64,000 bases of DNA from Thalia democratica (taxonomy: Eukaryota): assembly GCA_965202585.1 (NCBI GenBank), contig OZ241830.1, positions 6,696,001 to 6,760,000 on the forward strand, read 5' to 3'. Position numbers and translations under genes: made by a program. How positions within the stretch are numbered: position 1 is the first letter of the stretch; every line of letters starts with the position of its first letter. A model generated the notes under the pieces. The model was not told where the DNA came from, made no database searches, and saw only the letters and a list, made by a program, of their open reading frames with translations. Of the stretch, positions 1 to 15,100 are shown piece by piece.

Positions 1-136
1 TCTTTTAAAAACATTTTAAATAAAATAAATGCTATTCGTATATAAATAGAAAAAAAATAACAACTATAAGAAACTTTGTTATAAAACTTATTCTTTGTAA
101 AAATAGATCAAATAAATTACATATAAACAAACAAAC

Positions 137-3100
137 TTCGGTTTCAAGCGAGTCAATTTTATTGGATTGTTGCTGAAACAAAGACGTCTTTTCACAACTC
201 TCGTTGTCATTGCTTGTTTTTATTTTGTTTATCTCCTTTTCGTGCGCTTTCTTTATTTTCTTTTAATATAACAAATGTTATAATAAATTATTTAAAAATC
301 AAATTAGATTGCTTACTGGTATTTAGTTCGTAAACTCTTGAGTTTATTTCAAAACATAAACTTGATCAAGTTAAACATAGGTGACGTTAATTTATCCTTG
401 GCATCAGTTTACAAATCTTGTATTGAAAAATAGTAAAACTATAATTTAATCTAATATATTTGTAATTACTACATCAGCTAGAAAAAAAAATTAAACTTTA
501 ATTTTTTCGTCATAACTGTTGTCTATCTGCTCAATCTGTTCCTTGTGACTGGCATCCAGTTTCTGTTTTTCCATCTTCAATTTATTCAGGTCTGTTTCGT
601 ATTTACTCTGCATTTTATTTCTCAACTCATTCATCTGATTTTTGAATTTATCGTTGGTTTCCTGAATAAAACAAACATTTTTATAAGGTCTTATTTTATT
701 CATGAAATTCCTAATCGTAAGTATTAAAGTGCTTAAAGGGAGAAAAGTACATCTTTGTTACATATGAAGATTACAGGACTTTCAACTAAAAAGTTATTAA
801 AATACTTAAAATCATTATGTTTTTTTTATCACTTATTTTTGTATTTATTAGAAAATTTAAACGTTACGATAAAATTTAAACGTTATGATACTCCAAAGTT
901 CAGTATTTTTGTAATTGTTTTTTGTAATGTATAAGTAAGTAGTTTTGAAAAAAATTCATTTAAAATTTGTAACATTTAGGTTTAACTTAATAAGTTTTAG
1001 AATATATTAAACATTCAAAACAAAGTATTATTTTAAAAATTACAACTAACACCAACCTTCAGTTGCTTCTGTAACTTCTCTTCCTTACTCCTACTCTCCT
1101 TTTCCTTCAACTCAACCGTCTTCTCGAGCTCCGTCAGCTTCTGATCCTTCACCTCAATCTCCTCCTTCCTCTTCTGCAGCAGGTTGTTCAGATCTATGTC
1201 CTGCTTCTCCAACGCAGCCATCTTGTTTAGCTCCCTCTCCTCAATCGCCAGTCGCATCTCCGAGTCCTTCTCTTCTAACGCCTGAATGTATAAAGATGAC
1301 ATAAAATACTATGTCATCATAAATATTTTGTATAACTTTTTTATTGGAACTGTTATAATACCATTACATAACTTAATGCCTGTTTATTGAAAATATATGT
1401 CTAAAATTGTGTGTAATATCTAAGCGCCTGAAAAAACAAAGTCAGATTAAATATATTTTTTGTGTAGAAAATAAATTTTATGCAACGTGCATGTATATAC
1501 AGATTTATCTTTTGTTTTTCGAGTTTCTAAAATTATTTATAAAAACAATTTTATGTCCATTATCTTTATATAAATCATGTCATTTTATACAGTAATCTCT
1601 GAATCCTTCTCTTCTAATGCCTGAATAATGTATAAAGATGACATAAAAATACTCTGACATCATAAATATTTTGTACAACTCAATGTTATTATTCAATGAC
1701 TGAACTTTAATTTTGTAGCTACTTAGCTAATGCTGCTTTTAAGTAAGACCAAAATGTATTCAAAGGATGAACTTTGCATTTTGAGTCAATACTTTACGAA
1801 TGAACATCTAAAACAAAAAGTCATTTGATAACAACTTAAAGATACTTCAAAAATCTAACATGTATGCTTTCTAAATCCCTGGTATATTTTTATACACTAA
1901 TGTGTTGGTTTAAATATTGTTTACGCCATTCTATACAACATACAACCGTTATAATATACTTTTGTTTTTTGAATTTTACCGAAGTTAACTACCATGATTT
2001 CAACTTCAAATTGTCAACTTATATGCATTTAGCTAGTATATATTTACCTTTTTGAATTTATTTTCCAGCTTATTCTCAAGTTCGGATGTTTTGTTTTTAT
2101 TATTTTCTTCAGTTTCTTTTAATGTTTTAGCGAATTCGCATCTCAGTTTTTCTATTTCCTGTAAAAAATATTAGATTTTAAGTTAACTGCGATATCTTTT
2201 CACTAAAAAATTCTTGTTTAAATCAGCTGTTTTAAATTTTTTAAAAGTAAGTCTAATTAAAGCAGCAAAACATTTACAAATACTGTATGATGATGATACT
2301 AATGTAAAGATTTTTTTTTAAGTTTTTAAAACTTATATAGTCTAAGGGAGATAAGATATACTTTTGACATATTCATAACAACTCAAAAAATAATAATTTA
2401 TTACAACAAAATAAAAACTTGAATGTGCAGCTGGTCTCTTTCTTGAAGATTTTGTTCAAATTTTTTATTTGCTTCCTCAAGAGCAACTTCTTTTTCTTTG
2501 CCTGCTATCTCCAACCTTTCTTGGGATTGCCTCTGTGTAAAAATTACATTATATACATTTCTAAAATTATTATACAACCTACTACAAATTATTAAAAGTT
2601 GTGGAAATTGGTAATATTATTGGGTCAGACTTTGAGTTTTAACTTTTATGTTGTGTTTAAAAGGATAAGATTTTTAGATATAAAAATTTTTTTAAATCAA
2701 TTAAGAAAATTAAAGACACCAAACACTTAGTTTTATAAGGTATGGTAACTTTGGTCAATTGCTTAACTTATTCCAAAGTTTTATGAATAAAATATTTCAC
2801 TCTTAAAAACGTAACTTATAAACAATAAGAGCTGAAAATTTTATTTCAATAAAACAAAATAAAACGCAACCAAGTTTTTCAGTTGATGCAGATTGGTAAA
2901 CCGTCAATTCCAATCTAAAAATAAAAAACATGCATTCTAAATTATTATCAAATAATTGTTTTCAAGGTGTTTAATTTAAAAATTGTGTTTCTAACTAAAT
3001 TACGTTTTCCAAATTAAGGTAGATTTCAAAAGCTTTCTTTTACTTACCATAATAATAAAAATTATAAATTTTAATATAGTTTTGTATTTAATAAAAAATA

Positions 3101-6100
3101 ATTTTTACACCAAAAATAATATTTTGCTTTTATTATTTAAAGTTCAGCCATCAAAATAAAAGTCATGCTTTAAAACCAAAAAATTAAAACTCCACAAAAA
3201 TTTATGATAAACTTGAATTTTTAAAATCTTTATAAAAGTCTTTTAGATTCAAACGACTTTATGACTTTAAATTTCAAATTTTAAAACCATTGTGAATTTT
3301 ATGAAAGTAAAGACTTTTATTCTAAGTATTTTAGGTTTAAAAAATCTTAAAATTACAAAAGTTATTATGACGTCATAGTACCTGCATCAGCTTCAAAACT
3401 TGGGCCTTTCCCCTGCTAACATCTTGTATAAGATTTTTGCGTTCCTCATCCAAAGTTTTTTCTACCTGTTTTATTTCTTCACGCATTCTTTTCTTCACTT
3501 CTTCTGTTTCCTTGTTGGATTTTTCGATTTCTTGTTGCATCTTCAATTTGATTTCTTCCTTTTCTTTATTGGCAGCTTCGATGTTTGTTTGGAGTTCTGA
3601 GTTCTCCGATTCCATCTTTGAGATCTTAGCTTCAAGTTCTTTTCTCTGTGTAAATATGTGTAGTTTTTATGATTTATTCTTCTAAGTTGTCTAAAATTAT
3701 TTTTATGTTGCTTGGCACTTTATAAAAGAAGCAGAGTAATTTATAATGTGAAAAAATAAAGACTATCTTTACTTATGTTTTGAGTTTATTTTATAGTTTT
3801 TGATAAAAAGTTTTACACCTTAAATTTTATATAATTATATATTAAGACAATTATGAACCAGTTTATTATTTTCTTCTTGATTTTTTGCCATTTCTTTTTT
3901 CATTTCAGCAACAACAGATCTTATTTCAACAACCTAATTTTTTTTAATAATTTACTAATAATTTATTTTCTTAGAATATATTTTTTAAATATTTTATAAA
4001 AAACAATACTTTATTTGGTCTTGTAGTCTTTTAACTATTTTTTTAATTTTACAGATAAATGATTTAATATATACAAAGATTAATTATTTAGTATCTTATT
4101 TAAAGAAATCAAATACTACAAACCAAACTTTTTTAAACTTATTATACATAAAATTTCCAAGTTGATAAAAGAGACTTTGTAGTATTAACAATAATAATAC
4201 TAACAAAAATAAAATAATTTTTTTAATTTTCCTTAGTTTACTAGAACATAGTTTGCAAACTTTGCTATATACTTTATACAAATAAAGATATCAAAATAAG
4301 TACTAGGCTTATTCAAAGACGTTAAATATATATCATTTATGTATATCAAAAATATATATCGTTTGTATAAATATCAAGTTGCGATTTTAACCTGAATTGT
4401 ACTGTTTAAACAAATACATTATAAACAAGGTTAACATAATTTTAAATTAATACATTTAATTTCAATTACTTCGTTATCTTTTTCCAGTATAGTTTTATGA
4501 TTTTGCTGCTTAGTCTCTGCAATTGCCATTGTTTTTTCCTCGGTTACTTTTAAAACTTGCTCTTTTAAATTTTCTATTTCTTTTTGCATTTCTGACTTTT
4601 GCTGGGCTGATTCAGTCTAAAAGTGATTTGATTGTTTTTTAATTAGTTCTGTACTAATTTCAATTACATATTTCTTTAGAATAAAAATATTCAAGTTTTT
4701 TAAACTAATTATTACTAAATACTCTATTTTAAAATTTGTGACTATTTTTATTTTATTACTATAGGAAACAAAAACATCAGACAAAAACTTTAAAAATTTC
4801 ATAAATTAAGCATTAAAAACAAAAGATGTTATTTACTAATTTAATGGACAGAAAAAATTTACCTCTATCTGTTCTTTTTCCTTTTTAATACTTTCAAGTT
4901 CTTCAGGTAATTTAGGATCACTATTTTTCAAATTTTCTTCCAATTTTAGTTTCACTTCTTTTTCACTGGTCTTCAGCAAATGAATCTACAAAATTTGTAG
5001 GTCATAAGCTACTTTATTAAACAAGCCACTTAAATAAAAAATCAAGTAGAAGCTTAGGGAACTTTTTTATTTAAAAAAATATTTTTTCTAACATAACTTG
5101 TTTCTGTACTATAATACTTCCGAATAAAAAAACTTAATAAAATAATCTGTTGTTGAAAGTAGCATAAATGTTTAGTTTAAAAGTTTTTGTTTAGAAAAGA
5201 CCAAACATTTTTTTTTTGTTGATACGAAAAGTATAAATAAAAACCTTAGCAATTTTTACTTGTAGTAACAGTAGTTAAACGTTAGATTTATTATTTACTT
5301 TTTATTATTTTAATGTGCACACTTGTAAAACTTGACTATTTTGTCTTATTTTTCTAATGTAATTAATTACTTGTGTTTGTAGCACATCTATGTATTGGTC
5401 TTTTTCTTCGATTGTGGCTGTCATTTCTTCTTCTAAGTGCATTTTTGATTGTTTCTCCAAATCTATCGTCTGTAAAACATTTAAATTAAATATATTAAAT
5501 TAACAGTAGAGTATACGAAAACCATTTAAGCTTAAGATTTAAATTTATACGAACACTTATAGCTTGAGTAAAACTGTAAAACAAATTAAATTTTTTAATA
5601 AATAAAAATATGTTATATATTTAACTATCAAAGTTTTCTATTTATGTCCTCTACATAAAAACAAGCTTATATTCTCAATTTTATTAATTTATATCACCGC
5701 ATTTATTGGCTTGTAATTTCGTTAAACCTGGTTTTCCAAATTTTTTTTAGAAGGCCCACTTTAACGAAATTTCCTAAAAAATACCATTAAATGCGCCTAA
5801 GACCTTTTTTTTGCTAGTCATTATCAACTTCAGACTATCTAGCGTGAGATTTAAATCATAGCCTTGTACCCTTTACACCTTCTAGCCCCCTAAACTTCTA
5901 AAATTTTCCTACCATATCTAGCTTAAATTCAAAACTTCCCTTTAAATATAATTTTTTTTTGTTGTCTATTTCAACTCCAAAATATCTAGTGTAACATTAA
6001 AATTCCTCATGCCCCCTACAGACCCTTTACTACTCACGGTCCTATTCACACATAGTTTTAACAGAAAAAACTAGTCTTACTACTGGTATACCTTCAGAAA

Positions 6101-9100
6101 AATTAGACCTAATAATAATTTATATTATGACATCATACTTCAGTGACGTCGTTCAGCTTTCTCTTCATTTTTTCTTCCACCTGTTTCACTTCGATCTTTG
6201 TTTTTTCGTTTTCCTTCAGCAACCCCTGAAATTTGCTCATCAGTGTTGAGTACCTCGTACGATACTTGGCCATCGTTTTCTCATTTCTGTTTATAAAAAA
6301 AATATTGTATTTGTTAATTAAATATATAGGTTATACACCTTATCGTTGCTTTCTCGTTTCTATTAAAAATAAACAGATTAAAATCATAAATTGTTTAATT
6401 TTCATTTAAGTTGTTAAGATTCTTCATTTTGCCATTGTGTTTTTGTTTTTAAACTTTAGTATTTAAATAAATATAAATACAAGTTTTTTTTTGTTTTCAA
6501 TGTTCTATAGAAAGTTAAAGCTTATATACAAACAAAACTAGTCATTATGTATTGAATATTATAGAAATTTAATGAGAAATTACTTTTTGTTAACATCAGA
6601 TTTTAAAATGTACATTAATCACAAAATATAAAGTTGTATTGAAGTAAAATACCATAAAACTTTTGCTTATTAAAACTTAATAATTGTAAATTTGTAGCCT
6701 ACTTTTCATAAATATAACAAATATATAAAAAAATAAAAACAAACTGAAGTATTTTTTCGATGAGTTGATCTTTTGGTATTTCTTTTATATCAACTTCACT
6801 TTTGTTAGATTTGCTGTTTGAATTGTTTGTAGCCTGTAAAAAAAAAACTTAAAAAAAAAAAAAATATATATAACTTTCATAAAGTTCAACTTTTTTTAAG
6901 TTATAACTCTGACTGCATAACACGACAATCCTATATAATTTGTTTTGTACTTAAATTGCAAATATAGACAAAGAAATAGTTCCTCATACAAAATAACATT
7001 CTCTTCTGCGGTACAAATTTAACATTTTAGTATAATAAACGTATAATAACCAAAAAAAAGTTAAACTACATCACTTGTAGGACAATCGCCTTAGTTAATA
7101 AAAGTTAATAAGTAGTTTAAACAAAAACCTTTTAAAAATAAACATGGTCACATTTTTAAGTTTAAAAGTTTTCAAAAGAAAAAACAAATATTTTAGTGTT
7201 ATTTAAAGCTTGCTAATTGACCACATAACCGCATATAAATTATTCGGAAATATTGATTTTTTTATTGAATTAAAACTTACTCAATGCAAAATTAATTACC
7301 TAAGAATAAAGTTTAAATTTGCATAAAATTAATCGATATATTTGTGCAAGTAATTTATATACTATTAAACTTAACCAGCTTTTTACTTAGTGTTTTAATG
7401 TTGAAATTTAGTAATAATTACAAATATTAATGACTTATTTTTTTTCTACAGAATGACAAAAAAAATCAAATTATTGGAAAACATAGACATTTAAAAGTCT
7501 AAAACAATTTACAAGCTAATCATAGAGTTATATTTTAAACTATATTTGATATTTTTTATACTGGACCGACTTAAGTTAGAGTTATATTTAAATTTTTAAA
7601 AGCTTGTTTTCAGTTTTTAATAATTTTTAAAAGTTATATAAAGTTATTACAGGTTTAAGAAAGCTACAACTCAATCAAAATTTTGTTATACAAAATCCAT
7701 AAGGGGGTCCACCTTGTTAATTACAAGTTGGTGTTTAACATCATCGTTTAACTTGGTTATCCTTCACTTTTAACTGCCCAACATTACTCAAAGTATTTTT
7801 TAACATACACGCAACTAGAACTGGCGTGTTCAATAGGTTCCTTTTGGAAATCGTAAACTAAAAAGGCAAGCAAATCTTTGAAACTTAAAATATATTTTCT
7901 CTTTAACTTTTAACCCATATTGTTTATTTTTACAACAAGTCTATTGTTAATATTTAAATAATTTTGGCAAAGGAAATGTTTTAATTTTGAAAAAAAAAAT
8001 TCTAGAAATATTTTAATTTGTGTAAGCAGTATGTACTTCAATATGCATTAACATATTATCATACAATAAAAAAAACAGTTATTTAATTAAGTCTATTCAT
8101 TTTATTTCACACAAAAAACCTAAAATCCAATTTAAACTACTTAATAACGAAAATATTATAAGCACAACACTATATGTTGTTGAGTTGGCGAATATAATTA
8201 CTTAATAACTAACATTAATATTAATCATAACATACCACATTGTTACCAGCTTGCTGTTAAGGTGATTTAATTTAGTACAGTTACATTATAAACAATATTA
8301 GTATTTATTATAACTCACCAAACTAATATTATGGTTAGCTTGTTGAGTTGGCGATTTAATATAACTATTAATAAATAGTATCAATACTCATTATAACGAA
8401 CCACACTATTATTAATTTGTTGAGTTGGCGATTTAATATAACTATTAATAAATAAAACCAATATTTATTATAACATACCACACTATTATTAATTTGTTGA
8501 GTTGGCGATTTAATATAACTATTAATAAATAAAATCAATATTTATTATAACATACCACACTATTATTAATTTGTTGAGTTATCGATTTAATATAACTATT
8601 AATAAATAATATTAATACTTATTATAACATACCACATTGTTACTTGCTTGTTGAGTTGGCGATTTAATATAACTATTAATAAATAGTATCAATATTTATT
8701 ACAACATACCACACTATTACTTGCTTGTTGAGTAGGTGATTTGATATCTTCCATCATCGAACTGATAGATTCTCTACTTTCATTCAATTTCGCAGCCATC
8801 TGTAAATTTAATGTTTGTTGTTATTTAACACAAATTATTTATTGTACAAAAATGATGTCAAAAATTTTCAAGTTAACTAACATTAGTGGTCTACCAAAAC
8901 CGGCCTTTTTCAACAAAAACAACATTTATTCAACATTATTGTTATATTTCAATTAATCTTTCAAGGTTAAATTACCATAAACCATGATTTCCCAAAGCGG
9001 GCCATAAACTGCAAAGAGGCCAAAGGGGGCATGACCAGGCCATAAGGCCACAATTTGAATGTGCTTTCTGGACTTATAGATTCTAGAGTTCGAGATGAAG

Positions 9101-12100
9101 ATCAAAAAAGACCTTATGCGTTTTAAAGGGTAGTTTTGAAACTTACATTAGGTGTTGGAGGGGGAATTTTAAATATGTTCAAAGGGAGCACTACAAAATA
9201 GCTTGGGTAACCCTGTCATAAACATTACCTATAGCTACTTTGTTATAAGGTTTTAACATAACTTGTATTTTGTTGACTTGAAATATGTAAGCAACTGTAT
9301 CTGAGCTTCATCAAACTAACACAATAGCTCTAACTAATACAATAACACATAACATGTTTTCTTTTTGGTTGTCAAGTTTTGAAATTCTGTGATATAATAA
9401 TAATTTTTATATTATTTGTGGTTACAGATTTGTTTCAAGGACTGCTTTTAACTTAAAGCTTCACAAATTTATTGGCAATATATACTTCTTTAAACCATGT
9501 TATTATAGATTTAATTATGAGCAAACAGTTCTTTTTGTTACACTTGACAAAAAACTTGATTTCAAATTTAATCTACTCACTACAAAACCTAACTTTAGTG
9601 TTTCTTATTAATTTTTAGATGATATATGTGCTGTTAGTATTGTCAAATACATATTTTTTTATAAAACTGGCTAATAGAATAGACCACACCACTGTCCCAA
9701 AAAATCCCAAAGATAGTAACATAATTTTCAATGAAATAGTAAGAACGTTTAGGAACAATTGTAACCATTTCAAAGTAAAAAACGCTCAATATTTTTTTAA
9801 ATGAAGTTATAAGTAACCTGATTTTTCAATTAGGTTAATATAAATTATAAATCTTTAGAAAAAATAAATTTGTAATGATTTAAAATAAATATAACACTTT
9901 TGTAATCATTACAGGCTATTTTTAAACTATTAAAATCTATTTTTCTTTGTTTCTTGATTTTTTTTTGTGTTAATATGTTTCAATGGTATGATAAATTGAA
10001 TAAAAAAGTTACAAAAAATAAGTATTTCTTTGAAATGTGCACAATTTTATTATTATTAATATTTTTATTACAAATAATAATTACCTGATCTTTCAACGGC
10101 GTAAGAAACTCGAGTCTTTTGAAGAACCCGGTTGAAGACTGTGGAGCAGCGTGGGATGGAACTTGCTGTGCTGGAGTTTGATTGGCTGACGAGTCTGATT
10201 CCGACTCACTGGTGCTGCCTAGCGGATGGAAATAAAATTATTTTAATATGTAAAATGTTTGAGTGAAAAGCAACTGAACAGAAATCGAGATGGCTTTCAA
10301 ATGCCACTTGTAAGAATGTGCTTATGCTTAATGATAAATATAAATCAAAAATATAATAAAAACATAAAATTGCTGATAAATTTTGTTTTGAAACTCTTTA
10401 CATAAAATGCTTCAATAAAAAAATCACTCTACACATAATAAAATTTTTATAGCAATATTTACAAGAGTATGGATTAATAAAAAAAAATATCTATAAATAT
10501 CATTATTTCAGTAAGCACTGCAAAAAACACCAAATGTTTAAAATGTTTTTTATTTATTACTAGTATAATTAAAAGTGTTGTACCATTTAAAATATACTAA
10601 AGGTAAACCTTATCAATTGTAAATATGTAAAACTTTTGTCCCAACTACATGTTTAACATTTTATTTAGAAAAAAAAACATATAAAAAGATTTAAAAGTAC
10701 AAACAACTTCTTGGGATTTGAGACAACAATCCTTTTGAAAACAACTATTGAAATAATTAATTTTATATATATTTAATCATTAATAAATTTTTCATATAAA
10801 CTGTTTAAAACTTTTATTTTGAAATTCTGTACATAAAATTTTTCAATAAAAAAAATCACCCAATACTCAATAAAGTTTTTATTCCAGTATTTACAAGCGT
10901 ATTGATAAAATAAAAAAATATTTGTCATTACTTTAACAAGTATTGCAATAAACACAAAATGTTTAAAAAACATTTATTTATTGCAAATATAATTAAAAGT
11001 GTTGTATCATTCAAAACATGTTGAAGGTAAACCTTACTAACTGCAAATATGTAAAACTTTTATTCAAATTACATGTTTAATTTTTTCTTATTTAAAGGTT
11101 AATAAAAATATATATAAAGATTTAAAACTACGAACAATTTCTTGTAATTTAAGGCAATGATCGTTTTGAAAACAAACATTCAAATAATTAATCTTGTTTA
11201 TTATTTAATTAACATCAAACTTACTTTTTCCATTCCCATTTAAACTTTCAGGTTTTGCAGGAGCTGGATGCTTCGGTTCGTTCTAAAATATAAAACTAAA
11301 ATTATGTATAGTTTTTTATTGAGAAAACTATAACAAAAAGTAAGAACAACACAGAAGCTGTTTTGTACAATCACGCAATATTTTGAAACCATTCGAATGT
11401 AAAAATTATACAGCTCCGTAGAGGGGGTCCAACTTATTCAATATACCAGATTTCCCTAAAACAAAGGGGGATAAAGAAAAAAATCGCTGACGTAGAATCA
11501 ACCCGAAAACACTATTGTGCGATATGTCCACCTTGATTTAAGGTTTGCGACTAGGTATTAGTGCAACTTAAAAAAAATCCAAAAAATTTACTTTGAGATA
11601 AAAGAGAGCAGAATAAACACTAAAGAGCTTTTTGTCAAAGAAAGCAAACTAAAAAGGCAAAAAGACTTTCCGAGAGATATAAAACATGCTTATTACAGTA
11701 GCCTTGAAATTGTTTCTTTTTTTCACAAAGTTTTTCGATATCCTTATCAATAAATAAAGAAATTAAATTACTTTATAAGTAAAAAAAATACTTTAGTAGG
11801 CATAAGATTTTGTGAAAAAACCTTTTCACTATATAACATATAGAACATATGTATTTTGAATAATCTCTCACCTTTTCCAAAACAGTTAGTTTTATTAAAT
11901 TAAAACCTTTTTTTAATAATAATAATCTTATTTTATAAAATTTTACTGAAACATTTAGATCCTTAACTCTTTAATAGATAGGATGATATATATTTTAATG
12001 AACTTTTTGTTTTCACATAAAATTTAAAATTAAGAAATATAATTCTTAAGTTTGGATAAAAAAGCTTTTGCAAAACAGACTTTAACTTAAAAGTAAAATT

Positions 12101-15100
12101 CATTTTTTAATTAAAGTAAAAAATAGTTTATAGTTCATACTTTAAGCTTCCATTAAGTTCAAATGTCAGTTTTTGTGGAAAAAAACTGTTTAACCTTCAA
12201 GTTATAAACAAAAACTAATTTTACATAAAAAAAGTAAAGTTATAAAAAATAAAACAACATTTTCAGACACTAAGTCTTTTGATAGGTAAATTTTTTTAGA
12301 TTATGAAAAAAATATCTAAAATACATTCGACTTTATATTAGACATTTACATTTTACATTTGTTCGAATTTATTTTTTGCAAAAATATTTTGTAAAATTTT
12401 TATTAAACTTGGGTTTTCCTGTTATCGCATCGCTCAATATATCTTGATATTGTTCCTCGATATTACAACAATTTTGACCGCTCTTAATGCTATATGCTGT
12501 CAAAATCTGTATCATATTGACAAACAATTTGAAGCTATTAAAAGATGCGATGACAGTATAATTTAAAGAACAAAAGCAAAGAGAAAAACGCGTTTAAGAA
12601 AATTTGATTCTTAGTAAAAAAACGCGTTTAAGTTTATAATTTGATTTTTTTTCAGGTTTTAATTTGTTAACAAAGTTTTTGGTTAAAAATTATATTATAT
12701 TAAAATTGCTAACAAAATTATTTAAATCATGAAACATCAACTTAATCTTATAAGAATAAGTATTGTTTTTTAAGCAACAACTTAAAGCCTAATTTTATAA
12801 ATTAAAAGAAAACAACTTAAATACAACAATTAAAACTTTTTTTTTGTTATAACTGTACTTTTTTAAGTTAATAAAGTCTATAGTACTTTACACCTAAGAG
12901 ATTTTTTTTTCTATAACTTCAGACAAATAACTTTACTCTTTTTTTTTTACTTTTTATTTATATATACAACACATATTTGTAAAAATTCTAGATATTTTAA
13001 GTTTAGGTGCAACATATAAATAAAATAAAAACTGTTATACAATTATAAAAGCTAGAAGTGAACAACAGTTAGGCTTATCATAAGTTAGATAAAATCTTCA
13101 CTATATAGTATAAAAGAATATAAATCTACTTTATTGTTAATTATAGATTCATTTATTAAAAATGTAAGCAAAATTAAATCCTGAAATTTACTAACTTATA
13201 GTAGTTTACTACTTAGTTTCTTAAAATAAATAATTTAAACAAATTTTGAATTTCCTAGTAATTTCAAAGTAAAATTCTACTAAACTTCTTGACTCATTAC
13301 GTAGTCATTATACAATAAAATTCCTTCAAGTTACTTTAGACTTTCATTAATAAAAAAAAAATTATATGTATAAGATCAAAATGATATTTAAAGGTTACTT
13401 GCTTAAGTTAAGAATAATTATAAAAAAGTTTAGAAATACAAGTTTAAAGCTTGCTTTTAAATAAGTTAAAAGTTGAATTTAAAACTTACTTTTGGCTTGG
13501 ATGAGTCATCACTAGTTTTTGCTTGTAATTTAGCACCTAAAAAATGAAAAATAGTTTATATTTTGTTGCAAAAAATTTAAAAAAAATACGATCGATTTTT
13601 AGATTAATTTCTTACCTTTAACTAAAAGTTAGTATTAAGTTTGCAACTTAATAAAATTATTCTAATAACACTTAAAACAATAATAAATATAAACATTTAA
13701 CAATAATTTCAAAGCTTTCAAATCATTTTAACTATAAAAAGTTTTAGGTTTGCAAATTAAATACTATAAGGAACTCGTTCAAAATCCACCAGCGATCAAA
13801 ATTCACGCTTACTGATCAAGGGTAAGGGTTAGGGGTAACAGTGATATGAAAATAAATAATAAAAATTCAAAACATATATAAAATATATTAATAAATATAG
13901 AAAATTATTTTAAAAATAGGGTGGATTTTGAAGGCGGGTGAACTTTGAGAGTATACCAAATATAAACAAAATTATTTTAAACTACACTTAATTTTTTATA
14001 ATAAATATGAAAATTTCAAACCTTTCAATAACTTTGAGTAAACTAAAATTTTATGGATTAAATAGTATAAGTATTTGATAGTTTACACCAAAAATATTAA
14101 AAAAATACTATCAACATTGCAGATCTATGTTAAAAATTAATTAACATTGCTTAGGTGAAGTAGCTTTTTATTTAATTATGAGAGATAGTTTTCGGCAATT
14201 GAAAACCAAGTAACTTTCTAAACTATTTAAATAACTATTTGGCCAATTTCATAAGTTTTAAAGTTAAAATGGAATTTAGCATACCTTAATTTTAAGTATG
14301 AACAACTGTAAAAAAACAGTTATACATATACAAAGAATAAAAATAAGCTACTGAATGATTATAGATACACTCTGAACTTATTTTATATTTTAATATTTTC
14401 TTCCACAAACATACCTGATTTTTTCTGGGCAGGTGTATTCCCATCGACTTTTTGTCTTTGTTGCTGTGATAAAAATAAAATGAATTTATTAGAAATAAAC
14501 ATGGGTAAATTATTCTATCTTTCTTTAAAGTTTGTTGTGATAAGTTCTGTTGTTTAAATAAATACACAAAACTTTACTGTCATTGTATTGTTTCAAAACT
14601 AACACAACTAATTCATGCCAATATATTTCAAAGACATAAATGTCTTTTTTTTTAAACTTCACAAATTATTTTAAAAAAAATGATCTAGTCAATTTAAGTG
14701 TTACACCAGAGAACTTAATGACAACGCATAAGCTACTATGAGTAATTTAAGTGCTAATATCAGGTTGTCAATTTTTTTGAGAAATTTTTTCAAGGTTTTT
14801 TTAATTTCTTCCAGGTTTTTAAAAGTACACGTTTGTATTCTATTTTTAGTTTAAAGTTAAGTTTAAGGTAAAAAACTTTGTTAAATAGTATTACAACATT
14901 AAAACGATATTGTAAACATACTTTAAATGTGGTTTCTAATAAAAAAAATTCAATGATAAAAAATAATTTCATCATAATAGATTTTTTGTATCAAATTAAA
15001 ATTTTACAACTTATTATTAAAAAATTGTTTAAATTTAAAGTTTTTCCAGGTTTTTTTTTGTGGTTTTTGTTCAAAATTAAAGGTTTTTTTCAAAATTTCT

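Noticed and set aside
311-420. Exon-like stretch ending in a GTAAGC donor
   Set aside because: All frames from the plausible acceptors contain stops or give wrong phases; the flanking exons splice in frame without it.
2867-2914. Possible GOLGA4 exon after the tttttag acceptor at 2915
   Set aside because: The required phase 0 gives a stop (IGIDGLPICIN*), and the open frame is phase-incompatible. At most it is an alternative terminal exon.
8719-8726. Non-canonical GC-AG donor CAA|GCAAGT in GOLGA4
   Set aside because: A canonical in-phase GTG|GTATGT donor lies 15 nt further on, so a GC donor is not required.
8178-8745. CRISPR-like repeat-spacer array
   Set aside because: The DNA is eukaryotic, whole units are homologous with no unique spacers, and there are no cas genes.
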